A stretch of 14,395 nucleotides of DNA from IMG/VR virus record IMGVR_UViG_2671180986_000005, one strand, 5' to 3'. Origin of the DNA: a virus. Its lineage: Duplodnaviria > Heunggongvirae > Uroviricota > Caudoviricetes. Positions 1 to 12,926 of the stretch are shown one piece after another. Both the position numbers and the translations under genes were made by a program. The notes under the pieces are model-generated. The model saw only the letters and a program-made list of their open reading frames with translations, was not told the DNA's origin and made no database searches. The number at the start of each line of letters is the position of its first letter. Positions within the stretch are counted from its first letter, which is position 1.

Positions 1-2353
1 CATCGCCTGCTTCAGAAAAATCTCTGTCAGCATGGACAGCACAGAACGGGTGAAACCACGCCAGTTCTGTTCGCTGCCGATCAGCATCGCTGCCATATTC
101 TGTGCAATACCGTCAAAGGTCTGCGTGGCCGCGTTTTTAACCTGCGAAAAACTGTCCGTCGCACTTTCCGCCCACTCGCCCCAGCCGGACTTCATCCCGG
201 CCATCCAGCTTCCACGAAGCTGCTCCTCCGCAGACCAGGTGTTCTTCAGTGCAGATGTGGCCTTCGCCAGCGCAGCCGGATTATCACCGTACACCTCACG
301 AAGGCGCTGCTCTTCCGACTCCCGCTGCGCCTGACGGTCGGTGAGTCCGCGGGCTTTTGCGCTGATTGCCGCCTGCTTCGCGCTCTGCTGCTGTTCAAAC
401 CGCGCCGCCTGCTGTGCCAGCTCATTCAGCCGTTTCTGGTGTTCAATCTTGTCGCCCAGCTCAGCCAGCTGGCGTTTGTACTCCAGCGTTTCTTTCTCAT
501 GGGCCAGCAGGGATTTTTCCTGCTCAGATAACTGCCGTTTCGTGGCGGCCTCTTTCAGGACCACATACTGATTTTCCGCTTTCCATAAATCACGGCGCTG
601 CTGGCTGATTTTTTCATTCGCACCGCTGTGCTTCTCCAGCGTCCTGAGCTCAGTTTCAAGCGCCAGCAGGGCTGCATGCGCCTGGTCTTCCTGGCGCTCA
701 CCGGCAGACACCTTCACACCGGACGGCTTTTTCTGCGTCGACTCATAATCCTTTTTTGNNNNNNNNNNNNNNNNNNNNNNNNNNNNNNNNNNNNNNNNNN
801 NNNNNNNNNNNNNNNNNNNNNNNNNNNNNNNNNNNNNNNNNNNNNNNNNNNNNNNNNNNNNNNNNNNNNNNNNNNNNNNNNNNNNNNNNNNNNNNNNNNN
901 NNNNNNNNNNNNNNNNNNNNNNNNNNNNNNNNNNNNNNNNNNNNNNNNNNNNNNNNNNNNNNNNNNNNNNNNNNNNNNNNNNNNNNNNNNNNNNNNNNNN
1001 NNNNNNNNNNNNNNNNNNNNNNNNNNNNNNNNNNNNNNNNNNNNNNNNNNNNNNNNNNNNNNNNNNNNNNNNNNNNNNNNNNNNNNNNNNNNNNNNNNNN
1101 NNNNNNNNNNNNNNNNNNNNNNNNNNNNNNNNNNNNNNNNNNNNNNNNNNNNNNNNNNNNNNNNNNNNNNNNNNNNNNNNNNNNNNNNNNNNNNNNNNNN
1201 NNNNNNNAGCATATCCGCTGAGGATTCCGGACGACCGATATCCAGAATGGCATNNNNNNNNNNNNNNNNNNNNNNNNNNNNNNNNNNNNNNNNNNNNNNN
1301 NNNNNNNNNNNNNNNNNNNNNNNNNNNNNNNNNNNNNNNNNNNNNNNNNNNNNNNNNNNNNNNNNNNNNNNNNNNNNNNNNNNNNNNNNNNNNNNNNNNN
1401 NNNNNNNNNNNNNNNNNNNNNNNNNNNNNNNNNNNNNNNNNNNNNNNNNNNNNNNNNNNNNNNNNNNNNNNNNNNNNNNNNNNNNNNNNNNNNNNNNNNN
1501 NNNNNNNNNNNNNNNNNNNNNNNNNNNNNNNNNNNNNNNNNNNNNNNNNNNNNNNNNNNNNNNNNNNNNNNNNNNNNNNNNNNNNNNNNNNNNNNNNNNN
1601 NNNNNNNNNNNNNNNNNNNNNNNNNNCGGCATTCACCANNNNNNNNNNNNNNNNNNNNNNNNNNNNNNNNNNNNNNNNNNNNNNNNNNNNNNNNNNNNNN
1701 NNNNNNNNNNNNNNNNNNNNNNNNNNNNNNNNNNNNNNNNNNNNNNNNNNNNNNNNNNNNNNNNNNNNNNNNNNNNNNNNNNNNNNNNNNNNNNNNNNNN
1801 NNNNNNNNNNNNNNNNNNNNNNNNNNNNNNNNNNNNNNNNNNACAGGACCAGCATACGATCTGCCGTCAGTCCCGCCTGATTACCGGAAAGGACCAGCGT
1901 TTTGTTGAAATCGGACAGGGTTGAGTTGCCCTGATACCAGGCATACGCCAGCGCACCGGTCGCCACCGCCAGCGAGGTGGCCCCCACCATCGGCAGGGTG
2001 ATCGCGCCGGCAAGCCCCCTGAACATGGGGATCATCCCGCCGAAGGAGTCCTTAACCTGACCACCCTGTTGCAGCAGGATCAGCCAGGGATTCTGCCCCC
2101 CTGCAAGCTGCGTGGCCACGTCGGTGAACTGTGCAGGCAGCATACGCATGGCGGCTTTATACTGCCCGACGGAAATCCCCGCTTTCTGTGCAGCCAGCGC
2201 CTGTCGGCTCAGCGACTGTTCAACGACTGCCGCTGTTTTTTTCGCATCACTTTCCGTACCGGAAAAATGACGCCTGACTCTGGCCATCTGCTCGTCAAAT
2301 CTGGCCGCATCCAGACTCAAATCAACGACCAGATCGCCTACCGGTTCAGCCAT
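1..2353 (-). CDS. H: tail tape measure protein (lambda gpH-like); C-terminus beyond window start, interior masked
   Basis: ATG at 2353-2351; the unmasked first 170 aa (MAEPVGDLVVDLSLDAARFDEQ...LTADRMLVL) match my memory of lambda gpH. The start overlaps the end of the T frame by 8 nt as in lambda. Coiled-coil-like coding continues in unmasked 1-758 (e.g. KKDYESTQKKPSGVKVSAGERQ) but in a different absolute frame than the N-terminus, so frame continuity through the masked blocks is unverified. Confidence 0.8.
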
Positions 2354-2780
2354 ACCGGACTCCTCCTGCGATCCCTTCTGATACTGTCATCAGCATTACG
2401 TCATCCTCCGTCATGTCCGCCACATCCGGGGAAGCGGGGATAACTTCATTCCCGTCCGGGCCAAAGCGGACACCTCCGGCAAGCCCTGCCGCTTTCTGCA
2501 TCAGCACATCATCTTCAGGCTCTTCGTCAGCCTCGCGCCGGTTCAGCAGACTGAAATCCAGCGGATGCATCTCCGGATCGCTGAAAAACAGGCTGAGCAC
2601 GGTGTACGTCAGCCCGGAAAAGTGCATATCCAGCAGAACATCATGAAAATAATGGGTACTGTAAAAGCGGTGCCAGTCGGCATACTCCGTGGATGACATC
2701 CCGGCAAGCATGGCGCGCCAGTCGGGTCGCCCCATCTCACGCGCCAGTTTCAGGGCAAAACTCAGCTCACCGTCGAACAC
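2346..2780 (-). CDS. T: tail assembly chaperone gpT segment, expressed only as a G-T fusion by -1 ribosomal frameshift
   Basis: Track ORF 2346..2780 (MFDGELSFALKLAREMGRPDW...) in the -1 frame relative to G; slippery heptamer immediately upstream; spacing to G start equals lambda G-T length (838 nt). Confidence 0.8.
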   Translation of the reverse strand: MFDGELSFALKLAREMGRPDWRAMLAGMSSTEYADWHRFYSTHYFHDVLLDMHFSGLTYTVLSLFFSDPEMHPLDFSLLNRREADEEPEDDVLMQKAAGLAGGVRFGPDGNEVIPASPDVADMTEDDVMLMTVSEGIAGGVRYG

Positions 2781-3184
2781 TTTCCCGCAGAAACAGGCTC
2801 TGCAGGCCCGGCGTCCTCTGCCTGTTCAGGAGCATCATTCACCACAAACTCATACATACCGGACAGCCGGTACACCACGTTTTCAGCATGAGAAATTGCC
2901 TCTGTGGGCCAGGTGGTAAGCACTTCCTGCTCAATCTGTTTAACGGCTTCATTCATGGACGGCATCTGCGTCTTCTTCGGATGGTTATGCCACAGGGACA
3001 TCGCAACCACAAAAGCGCCGGTTCTGATGGCGTCTTCCACAGTAAACTTCCGGTTGCTGTCTGACTCCGCCTGTTCTGCCTGCCGTTTCATCAGGTCGAG
3101 ATGCTCAATACGCTGCAGGGCTGACAGTTCAGAAAGCGTGACGGTCACACCGTTATGTTCAAATGATTCGGTTTTCAGGAACAT
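2762..3184 (-). CDS. G: tail assembly chaperone gpG
   Basis: 140-aa ORF, ATG at 3184-3182, ends ...SAGKCSTVS; same length as lambda G; 15-nt gap after the V stop as in lambda. Confidence 0.9.
   Translation of the reverse strand: MFLKTESFEHNGVTVTLSELSALQRIEHLDLMKRQAEQAESDSNRKFTVEDAIRTGAFVVAMSLWHNHPKKTQMPSMNEAVKQIEQEVLTTWPTEAISHAENVVYRLSGMYEFVVNDAPEQAEDAGPAEPVSAGKCSTVS
2780..2786 (-). promoter_or_regulatory. programmed -1 frameshift slippery heptamer G_GGA_AAG for G-T fusion
   Basis: Minus-strand sequence tct gcg gga aag tgt tcg acg gtg agc tga: GGGAAAG sits 6 codons before the G stop (2762-2764), and the -1 frame continues into the T ORF. Confidence 0.8.
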
Positions 3185-3199
3185 CGCTGACTCTCCGGA

Positions 3200-3940
3200 T
3201 TAACTGGCGGTGACGTTGATTTCTGCAACCGCAGCAAACTCACCATTACCAGATACGACCGGAATGTTGACCTTGCCTGCAGCAACACCTTTCACGGTGA
3301 TGGTCATACCACTGACCGACACGGTGGCTTTTGTTTTATCCGCAGACACCGCACGGAAGCTCTTGTCGGTTGCGCCATCCGGCTGGAATGCCACGGTCAG
3401 CGTGGTGCTCTGCCCTTTCACTACGGAAGCACTGGCGGGTGTCACCGTCATGCCGGTCGTCGCCGTCACCGTGCTGCGATCTTCTGCCATCGACGGACGT
3501 CCCACATTGGTGACCTTCACCGTGCGGGTAATCACCTCCTTCGCCGTCACCGCCTTACCGATACTGCTGACCCAGCCACGGAACACATCGACCGTGCCGT
3601 TCGGGAAGCGGATTTTATAGGCACGGGTATCACCTTCATTAAACCACGCCAGCAGCGCCTGCTGCCCCTGCTCTCCGGGCATCCACGCCAGCGTGAAGCT
3701 GGTATCTCCGGCAGATTTCTGCCCCTGCCCGGTCGCAGTCCAGTCTGCATCTTCATCATCGAGATAGCTGTCGTCATAGGACTCAGCGGTCAGTTCGCCG
3801 GGCGTCAGGTCTTTAACTTTTGCCAGACGCGACCAGTCAACGTCTGAAAGCGGGTTCGCATAAGGGTCACCGCTCCCCTTATAAACCCACAGGGTGGTCC
3901 CGGCACCTTTCACCGGCATTGTAGGATTTGGTACAGGCAT
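3200..3940 (-). CDS. V: major tail tube protein gpV with C-terminal Ig-like domain
   Basis: 246 aa from the ATG at 3940 ([22 protein letters not shown]...); the track ORF starts 10 codons earlier at an upstream ATG inside U. C-terminal region ([21 protein letters not shown]...) looks like a Big_2/Ig-like domain. 7-nt gap after the U stop as in lambda. Confidence 0.9.
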   Translation of the reverse strand: MPVPNPTMPVKGAGTTLWVYKGSGDPYANPLSDVDWSRLAKVKDLTPGELTAESYDDSYLDDEDADWTATGQGQKSAGDTSFTLAWMPGEQGQQALLAWFNEGDTRAYKIRFPNGTVDVFRGWVSSIGKAVTAKEVITRTVKVTNVGRPSMAEDRSTVTATTGMTVTPASASVVKGQSTTLTVAFQPDGATDKSFRAVSADKTKATVSVSGMTITVKGVAAGKVNIPVVSGNGEFAAVAEINVTAS

Positions 3941-3947
3941 AGCGTCC

Positions 3948-4343
3948 TCACATTTCATAGATAATGACATAAGTCAGATCGGCTGAACTCCACAGGCCCG
4001 CATCATCGTCGCGCCGGTAGTCATAGCCGCTGGCCACCATACTGGTGATCAAATCTGACAGTGCCGGGATATCGCTCATCACCGGATAAATCCGGGACTC
4101 CATCCACGAATCCAGCTCTGAATCCGGCACCTGAGCAGGCAGGAAAACTTCAATATGCAGCTCCGCCTGCCAGGTATCGCTGTCCAGCTCTTCGCCCGTG
4201 TATTCAGCGCCGGTGAGATAAACGGCAATTGCCGGAAAATCTTCCTCATCAAAAACAGCGGGGCGACCATCAAAAAGCGTCGCCCCGGTGTCATGCTTCT
4301 CCAGTGCATCCAGTACGGCTGCACGGAGTTCAGTATGTTTCAT
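3948..4343 (-). CDS. U: tail terminator protein gpU
   Basis: 131-aa [23 protein letters not shown]...; start codon overlaps the Z stop (ATGA) as in lambda. Confidence 0.92.
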   Translation of the reverse strand: MKHTELRAAVLDALEKHDTGATLFDGRPAVFDEEDFPAIAVYLTGAEYTGEELDSDTWQAELHIEVFLPAQVPDSELDSWMESRIYPVMSDIPALSDLITSMVASGYDYRRDDDAGLWSSADLTYVIIYEM

Positions 4344-4918
4344 CGCTTTATTACCATTCTCAGTTGATGCTGCAGCGCATAGCCCAGCTCTTTCGGAAGA
4401 CGTTCACGCCGTATCCGTTCAATATTCTGTTTAAACGCCGTGGTCAGCGGCACCGCCATCGGGATTTTCACCACATCAATGGGGTAACGGTTTTTCCCGG
4501 CCACACGCTGCATAACATGCCACCGGCCGTTTTTCAGTTGCTGAATAAACGCGCCGGGAATACGACGGTTACCCACCACAAGCACGCTGCCGCCNNNNNN
4601 NNNNNNNNNNNNNNNNNNNNNNNNNNNNNNNNNNNNNNNNNNNNNNNNNNNNNNNNNNNNNNNNNNNNNNNNNNNNNNNNNNNNNNNNNNNNNNNNNNNN
4701 NNNNNNNNNNNNNNNNNNNNNNNNNNNNNNNNNNNNNNNNNNNNNNNNNNNNNNNNNNNNNNNNNNNNNNNNNNNNNNNNNNNNNNNNNNNNNNNNNNNN
4801 NNNNNNNNNNNNNNNNNNNNNNNNNNNNNNNNNNNNNNNNNNNNNNNNNNNNNNNNNNNNNNNNNNNNNNNNNNNNNNNNNNNNNNNNNNNNNNNNNNNN
4901 NNNNNNNNNNNNNNNNNN
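4340..4918 (-). CDS. Z: tail completion protein gpZ; start lies in masked block, start coordinate estimated from lambda length (192 aa)
   Basis: Unmasked C-terminal ~84 aa (...[80 protein letters not shown]); stop at 4340-4342 overlaps the U start. Confidence 0.75.
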   Translation of the reverse strand, partial: XXXXXXXXXXXXXXXXXXXXXXXXXXXXXXXXXXXXXXXXXXXXXXXXXXXXXXXXXXXXXXXXXXXXXXXXXXXXXXXXXXXXXXXXXXXXXXXXXXXXXXXXXXXXGGSVLVVGNRRIPGAFIQQLKNGRWHVMQRVAGKNRYPIDVVKIPMAVPLTTAFKQNIERIRRERLPKELGYALQHQLRMVIKR

Positions 4919-5070
4919 NNNNNNNNNNNNNNNNNNNNNNNNNNNNNNNNNNNNNNNNNNNNNNNNNNNNNNNNNNNNNNNNNNNNNNNNNNNNNNNNNN
5001 NNNNNNNNNNNNNNNNNNNNNNNNNNNNNNNNNNNNNNNNNNNNNNNNNNNNNNNNNNNNNNNNNNNNNN

Positions 5071-5424
5071 NNNNNNNNNNNNNNNNNNNNNNNNNNNNNN
5101 NNNNNNNNNNNNNNNNNNNNNNNAACTTCCGCCATCATCCGGCGAAACCCGATCTACCCAGAAATTTTCCTCACCGATGGTCAGCGTGTCTCCACGCCGC
5201 AGCTGCCGCACCTCATCAGTCCGGACAAACAGGGACGGGCTGGAGCCTTCAACGCGCACGCCCTGTCCGGCATAGCTGATATTTTCAGGGTCATCAAAAA
5301 CACCACGTATCACCGCACCTGACTGCTCACCGGATGTCATGGTGGCTGACGTTCCCATGTACCCGCGTATCGTTTCATCGGCGCGGGCAATGGCAGCATC
5401 GAACAGGTTATCGAAATCAGCCAC
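5071..5424 (-). CDS. FII: head-tail joining protein gpFII; 3' end lies in masked block, end coordinate estimated from lambda length (117 aa)
   Basis: Unmasked N-terminal 100 aa MADFDNLFDAAIARADETIRGYMGTSA...VDRVSPDDGGS; ATG at 5424, 11 nt after the FI stop as in lambda. Confidence 0.8.
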
Positions 5425-5435
5425 AGCGCCTCCCG

Positions 5436-5834
5436 TTATTGCATTCTGGCCAGGCCGCGCTCTGTCATTTCGGCTGCCACACCGGCAGAGACACGAAACG
5501 CCGTTCCCGGCAGCACAAATGCCACAGGTTTATCCCGCGTGGCGTGAAGTGCATCAGTATGCAGCGTCACCAGTGCCACGACCGTGACCAGTTCAGCCGT
5601 ATCCTGAATCACGGTATCCGGCTGCGCTGATACCACCTCATTTTCATGCCCGGTCAGCACATTTTCCCGGCTGAGAGGGGTGTCCTGACCGGCAGTTTCA
5701 TCCGTGTCATCAAGCTCTTCTTCCAGCTCTGCCACACGAAGCGCCAGTTCTTCTTTCGTTCCCGTCAAACTGACATCGCGGTTCAATTGCTCACCCAGCT
5801 CCTGAAGACGGGCAATCAGTTCATCTTTCGTCAT
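5436..5834 (-). CDS. FI: DNA packaging / head assembly protein gpFI
   Basis: 132 aa from the ATG at 5834 (MTKDELIARLQELGEQLNRDVSLTGTKEELALRVAELEEEL...); the track ORF starts earlier at a non-ATG codon. GGAGG Shine-Dalgarno upstream. Confidence 0.9.
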   Translation of the reverse strand: MTKDELIARLQELGEQLNRDVSLTGTKEELALRVAELEEELDDTDETAGQDTPLSRENVLTGHENEVVSAQPDTVIQDTAELVTVVALVTLHTDALHATRDKPVAFVLPGTAFRVSAGVAAEMTERGLARMQ

Positions 5835-5846
5835 GAACTCCTCCAC

Positions 5847-5871
5847 AGAGAGAAAATGGCCCCGAAGGGCC
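5847..5871 (-). terminator. terminator-like hairpin in E-FI intergenic region (GGCCC-UUCG-GGGCC followed by U-rich tract)
   Basis: Minus-strand sequence after the E stop: tcatggcccttcggggccattttctctct; 5-bp GC stem with UUCG tetraloop and a U-rich tail. Likely an attenuator or mRNA-stability element in the late operon. Confidence 0.45.
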
Positions 5872-5875
5872 ATGA

Positions 5876-6901
5876 TTACGCCAGTTGAACGGACACGAAC
5901 TCATCAGGATCAGCCAGCAGCATCAGCGGTGCTGACTGAATCATGGTGAACTCACGCGCCGGATCGCCGGTGGTCACCCAGTTTTTCGGGTAACGGGCAG
6001 AGGCGTTAATGCCTTCGCGCTGTGCGTCCGCATCCTGAATGCAGCCATAGGTGCGCAGACCGCGAGCCTGAGTGTTCCCCAGCACCATCGTGTTGTCCGG
6101 CAGGAAGTTCTTTTTGACGCCGTTTTCCACGTACTGTCCGGAATACACGACGATGGCCACATCGCCATACATTCCCTTATAGGACACCGCTTTGCCCAGG
6201 TCTTTTACCGCTGTCTCCAGCTCGGAATGAGAGCCGCGACGGGTATCCAGCTTCTCCTTGACGGCTTTGAAGGAACGGAACAGCGCCCAGCCTTTCGGGT
6301 CAAACACGATGATATTCACCACACCGCTGGCGTTCAGCGCGTAGGCTTCGATATCGTCGGTCGGGTCATACGTGGACTTGTCACGCTTGCTCCACTCCGT
6401 GACGCCGGACTGTGTGATGTTGTTCGCCGCACTGCGGCCCATATCCACCTCAACCGGATCGAAGGCTTCACCGGTCATGGTGTATTTGCCCTTGAGCACG
6501 GCAGAAACTGCCTGCATCTCTTCGACCTGAGCAATGGCCAGCTCTTCGTCACGCATGTTCTGCATGATGATGCGACGGCGGCGGTAAGCCGGGTCCGCCA
6601 GATTCTGCGGATCTTCATCCGGCAGGCGACGCAGGGTCATCTGCGGATTCACCTCATGCTTGGGTTTGACATATCCCGGCGTAAATTCAGAGGTGGAGCC
6701 GCCACGGGAACGGATAACCTCACCGGAAACAATCGGCGAAACGTACAGCGCCATGTTTACCAGTCCCGGAATTTGTGAGAGATAGACTTTCTCCGTAGTG
6801 AAGGGATAGCTCTCACGGAAAAAGAGACGCAGAAACAGCGGATCAAACTTAAATTTCTGCTCATTTGCCGCCAGCAGCTGGGCGGTTGTGTACATCGACA
6901 T
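5876..6901 (-). CDS. E: major capsid protein gpE (HK97-fold)
   Basis: 341 aa from the ATG at 6901 (MSMYTTAQLLAANEQKFKFDPLFLRLFFRESYPF...SAPLMLLADPDEFVSVQLA); the track ORF is extended upstream by a non-ATG start. Confidence 0.93.
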   Translation of the reverse strand: MSMYTTAQLLAANEQKFKFDPLFLRLFFRESYPFTTEKVYLSQIPGLVNMALYVSPIVSGEVIRSRGGSTSEFTPGYVKPKHEVNPQMTLRRLPDEDPQNLADPAYRRRRIIMQNMRDEELAIAQVEEMQAVSAVLKGKYTMTGEAFDPVEVDMGRSAANNITQSGVTEWSKRDKSTYDPTDDIEAYALNASGVVNIIVFDPKGWALFRSFKAVKEKLDTRRGSHSELETAVKDLGKAVSYKGMYGDVAIVVYSGQYVENGVKKNFLPDNTMVLGNTQARGLRTYGCIQDADAQREGINASARYPKNWVTTGDPAREFTMIQSAPLMLLADPDEFVSVQLA

Positions 6902-6913
6902 AAAAAAATCCCG

Positions 6914-6936
6914 TAAAAAAAGCCGCACAGGCGGCC
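6914..6936 (-). terminator. terminator-like hairpin in D-E intergenic region
   Basis: Minus-strand ggccgcctgtgcggc followed by ttttttt, then acgggattttttt and the E ATG; 5-bp GC stem, 4-nt loop, T7 run. Confidence 0.45.
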
Positions 6937-6956
6937 TTTAGTGATGAAGGGTAAAG

Positions 6957-7289
6957 TTAAACGATGCTGATTGCCGTTCCGGCAAACGCGGTCCGTTTTT
7001 TCGTCTCGTCGCTGGCAGCCTCCGGCCAGAGCACATCCTCATAACGGAACGTGCCGGACTTGTAGAACGTCAGTGTGGTGCTGGTCTGGTCAGCAGCAAC
7101 CGCAAGAATGCCAACGGCAGCACCGTCGGTGGTGCCATCCCACGCAACCAGCTTACGGGTGGAGGTGTCCAGCATCAGCGGGGTCATTGCAGGCGCTTTC
7201 GCACTCAATCCGCCGGGCGCGGTTGCGGTATGAGCCGGGTCACTATTGCCCAGCGGCTGGTAATGGGNNNNNNNNNNNNNNNNNNNNNN
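6957..7289 (-). CDS. D: head decoration protein gpD; first ~7 codons lie in masked block, start estimated from 110-aa lambda length
   Basis: Unmasked portion reads ...[82 protein letters not shown]; stop at 6957-6959; 56-nt gap to the E start as in lambda. Confidence 0.85.
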   Translation of the reverse strand, partial: XXXXXXXXHYQPLGNSDPAHTATAPGGLSAKAPAMTPLMLDTSTRKLVAWDGTTDGAAVGILAVAADQTSTTLTFYKSGTFRYEDVLWPEAASDETKKRTAFAGTAISIV

Positions 7290-7298
7290 NNNNNNNNN

Positions 7299-7941
7299 NN
7301 NNNNNNNNNNNNNNNNNNNNNNNNNNNNNNNNNNNNNNNNNNNNNNNNNNNNNNNNNNNNNNNNNNNNNNNNNNNNNNNNNNNNNNNNNNNNNNNNNNNN
7401 NNNNNNNNNNNNNNNNNNNNNNNNNNNNNNNNNNNNNNNNNNNNNNNNNNNNNNNNNNNNNNNNNNNNNNNNNNNNNNNNNNNNNNNNNNNNNNNNNNNN
7501 NNNNNNNNNNNNNNNNNNNNNNNNNNNNNNNNNNNNNNNNNNNNNNNNNNNNNNNNNNNNNNNNNNNNNNNNNNNNNNNNNNNNNNNNNNNNNNNNNNNN
7601 NNNNNNNNNNNNNNNNNNNNNNNNNNNNNNNNNNNNNNNNNNNNNNNNNNNNNCGTCGCTTGCACCACGCCAGTAACGTCAGCCTGCGAAGCAGTGGCTG
7701 AAACAGTTGTTGATTGAGTCTCTTTGGTCATTCGCCCTCCTGAGAGACGGGATTTACGTGCATCCAGTGCATCACGCATGACGGTGATCGCATCGGTACT
7801 GTTAACAAGTTCATCAGCCAGTCCGGCATCAATGGCCTCCTGACCGCTGTACACTGCAGCCTCGGTATCCAGCACAGCCTGCACGGACAGGCCGGTATAT
7901 GCCGACACCTTCTGTGCAAACATCCGGCGGGTTGCATCCAT
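7299..7941 (-). CDS. nu3: scaffolding protein Nu3, internal in-frame start within the C reading frame (position inferred from lambda Nu3 offset)
   Basis: In-frame Met (MDATRRMFAQKVSAYTGLSV...) at the position corresponding to the lambda Nu3 start as I recall it; the C-terminal part is masked. Confidence 0.45.
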
Positions 7942-8346
7942 CCGGGACTGCAATGTTTCCCGGACATCATCCGGTAGATGGCTGTAGGGGTTGCCATCCA
8001 CCTTATGGCTGCCGCTGTAAATCAGCGTGATTTCCACGCCCTGTTTCTCCAGTGCAGCGCCGTAATTACTGTGAGCCATCATGACGCCGATGGAGCCTGT
8101 CCGGGCGGTCTGCGTGACCAGACGCCGGGAGGCGGCACTGGCAAGCAGCTGACCTGCGCTGCAGTTCATGTCATTGGCCAGCGCCCATACCGGCTTTATG
8201 TCACGCACACGGGCGATGATGTCAGCGCAGTCAAATGCTCCCGCCACCATTCCGCCCGGTGTGTCCATATCGAGCAGAATGCCGTCCACCATCGGGTCGC
8301 TGGCAGCCTGTTGCAGACGGGCGATAATGCCGTTGTAACCGGTCAT
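7299..8346 (-). CDS. C: head maturation protease gpC (S49/ClpP-like), C-terminal fragment downstream of a frameshift; 3' end masked and estimated
   Basis: ORF starting at the ATG at 8346 (MTGYNGIIARLQQAASDPMVDGILLDMDTPGGMVAGAFDCADIIARVRD...TGSIGVMMAHSNYGAALEKQGVEITLIYSGSHKVDG...), an S49-like protease core; continues into masked block 7268-7653. Confidence 0.75.
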
Positions 8347-8616
8347 CCCCGAGTACGGCTGACCAGCGTGCCGGACACCGGCAGCACGGCGATGCCGTTC
8401 ATTACCTGATAACTGCGGGCCTGTCGTGGTCCGTCATCATCACCGGATAACGCCAGCGCCGCGGGTGCCTCTCCGGCAGTCAGGCTGTCGCCGGATACTG
8501 CATCCGTCAGGCAGCTGATCCCAAGCTGGCCTGCAAGCGCACAAAAGAAAACCCGCGCATAGGCGGGTTCAAGCATCAGCGGCTCATTAAAAGCCNNNNN
8601 NNNNNNNNNNNNNNNN

Positions 8617-8636
<20 letters not shown>
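8343..8636 (-). CDS. C: gpC N-terminal fragment upstream of the frameshift; start in masked block, estimated
   Basis: Unmasked ...AFNEPLMLEPAYARVFFCALAGQLGISCLTDAVSGDSLTAGEAPAALALSGDDDGPRQARSYQVMNGIAVLPVSGTLVSRTRG then TGA at 8343-8345, overlapping the ATG of the downstream fragment (ATGA). Confidence 0.7.
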
Positions 8637-12380
<3,744 letters not shown>

Positions 12381-12406
<26 letters not shown>

Positions 12407-12926
12407 TCAGCAACCCCGGTATCAGTTCATCCAGCGCGGCTGCTTTGTTCATGGCTTTGATGATATCCCGTTTCAGGAAATCAACATGTCGGTTTTCCAG
12501 TTCCGGAAAACGCCGCTGCACCGACAGGGGGATCCCGTCGAGAATACTGGCAATTTCACCTGCGATCCGCGACAGCACGAAAGTACAGAATGCGGTTTCC
12601 ACCACTTCAGCGGAGTCTCTGGCATTTTTCAGCTCCTGTGCGTCGGCCTGCGCACGCGTAAGTCGATGGCGTTCGTACTCAATAGTCCCTGGCTGGAGAT
12701 CTGTCTCGCTGGCCTGCCGCAGTTCTTCAACTTCCCGGCGCAGCTTTTCGTTCTCAATTTCAGCATCCCTTTCGGCATACCATCTTATAACGGCGGCAGA
12801 GTCATAAAGCACCTCATTACCCTTGCCACCGCCTCGCAGAACGGGCATTCCCTGTTCCTGCCAGTTCTGAATGGTACGGATACTCGCACCGAAAATGTCA
12901 GCCAGCTGCTTTTTGTTGACTTCCAT
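12381..12926 (-). CDS. nu1: terminase small subunit gpNu1 (winged-HTH cosB-binding)
   Basis: 181-aa ORF MEVNKKQLADIFGASIRTIQNWQEQGMPVLRGGGKGNEVLYDSAAVIRWYAERDAEIENEKL...; N-terminal HTH; located directly downstream of cosB. Confidence 0.95.

Noticed and set aside
32-1221. Plus-strand track ORFs 32..334, 341..571, 366..608 and 628..1221
   Set aside because: They lie antisense to the tape measure gene H, whose minus-strand frame is open across this region; proline/arginine/serine-rich translations typical of antisense frames; 628..1221 is mostly masked X.
714-1880. Track ORFs that are mostly X (714..1253 minus, 756..1880 plus, 1247..1924 plus)
   Set aside because: They exist only because N codons cannot contain stops; the unmasked parts are out of frame with H.
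2069-3203. Plus-strand ORFs 2069..2443, 2413..2646, 2689..2919, 2693..3064 and 2904..3203
   Set aside because: Antisense to H, T and G, which have lambda-like products on the minus strand.
3210-3777. ORFs 3210..3620 (+), 3331..3513 (+) and 3547..3777 (-)
   Set aside because: They overlap gpV in alternative or antisense frames; V is complete and in frame on the minus strand.
4229-5275. 348-aa plus-strand ORF spanning the FII-Z masked block, and ORF 4569..5138 (-)
   Set aside because: Almost entirely X from masking; the unmasked ends are antisense or out of frame relative to U, Z and FII.
5334-6778. Plus-strand ORFs 5334..5630, 5339..5587, 5646..5888 and 6227..6778, and minus ORF 5974..6168
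   Set aside because: Antisense or alternative-frame to FII, FI and E.
6971-8409. Plus-strand ORFs 6971..7717, 7230..7676 and 7978..8409, and minus ORF 7728..7997
   Set aside because: Antisense or out of frame relative to D and C/Nu3; several read through masked N.
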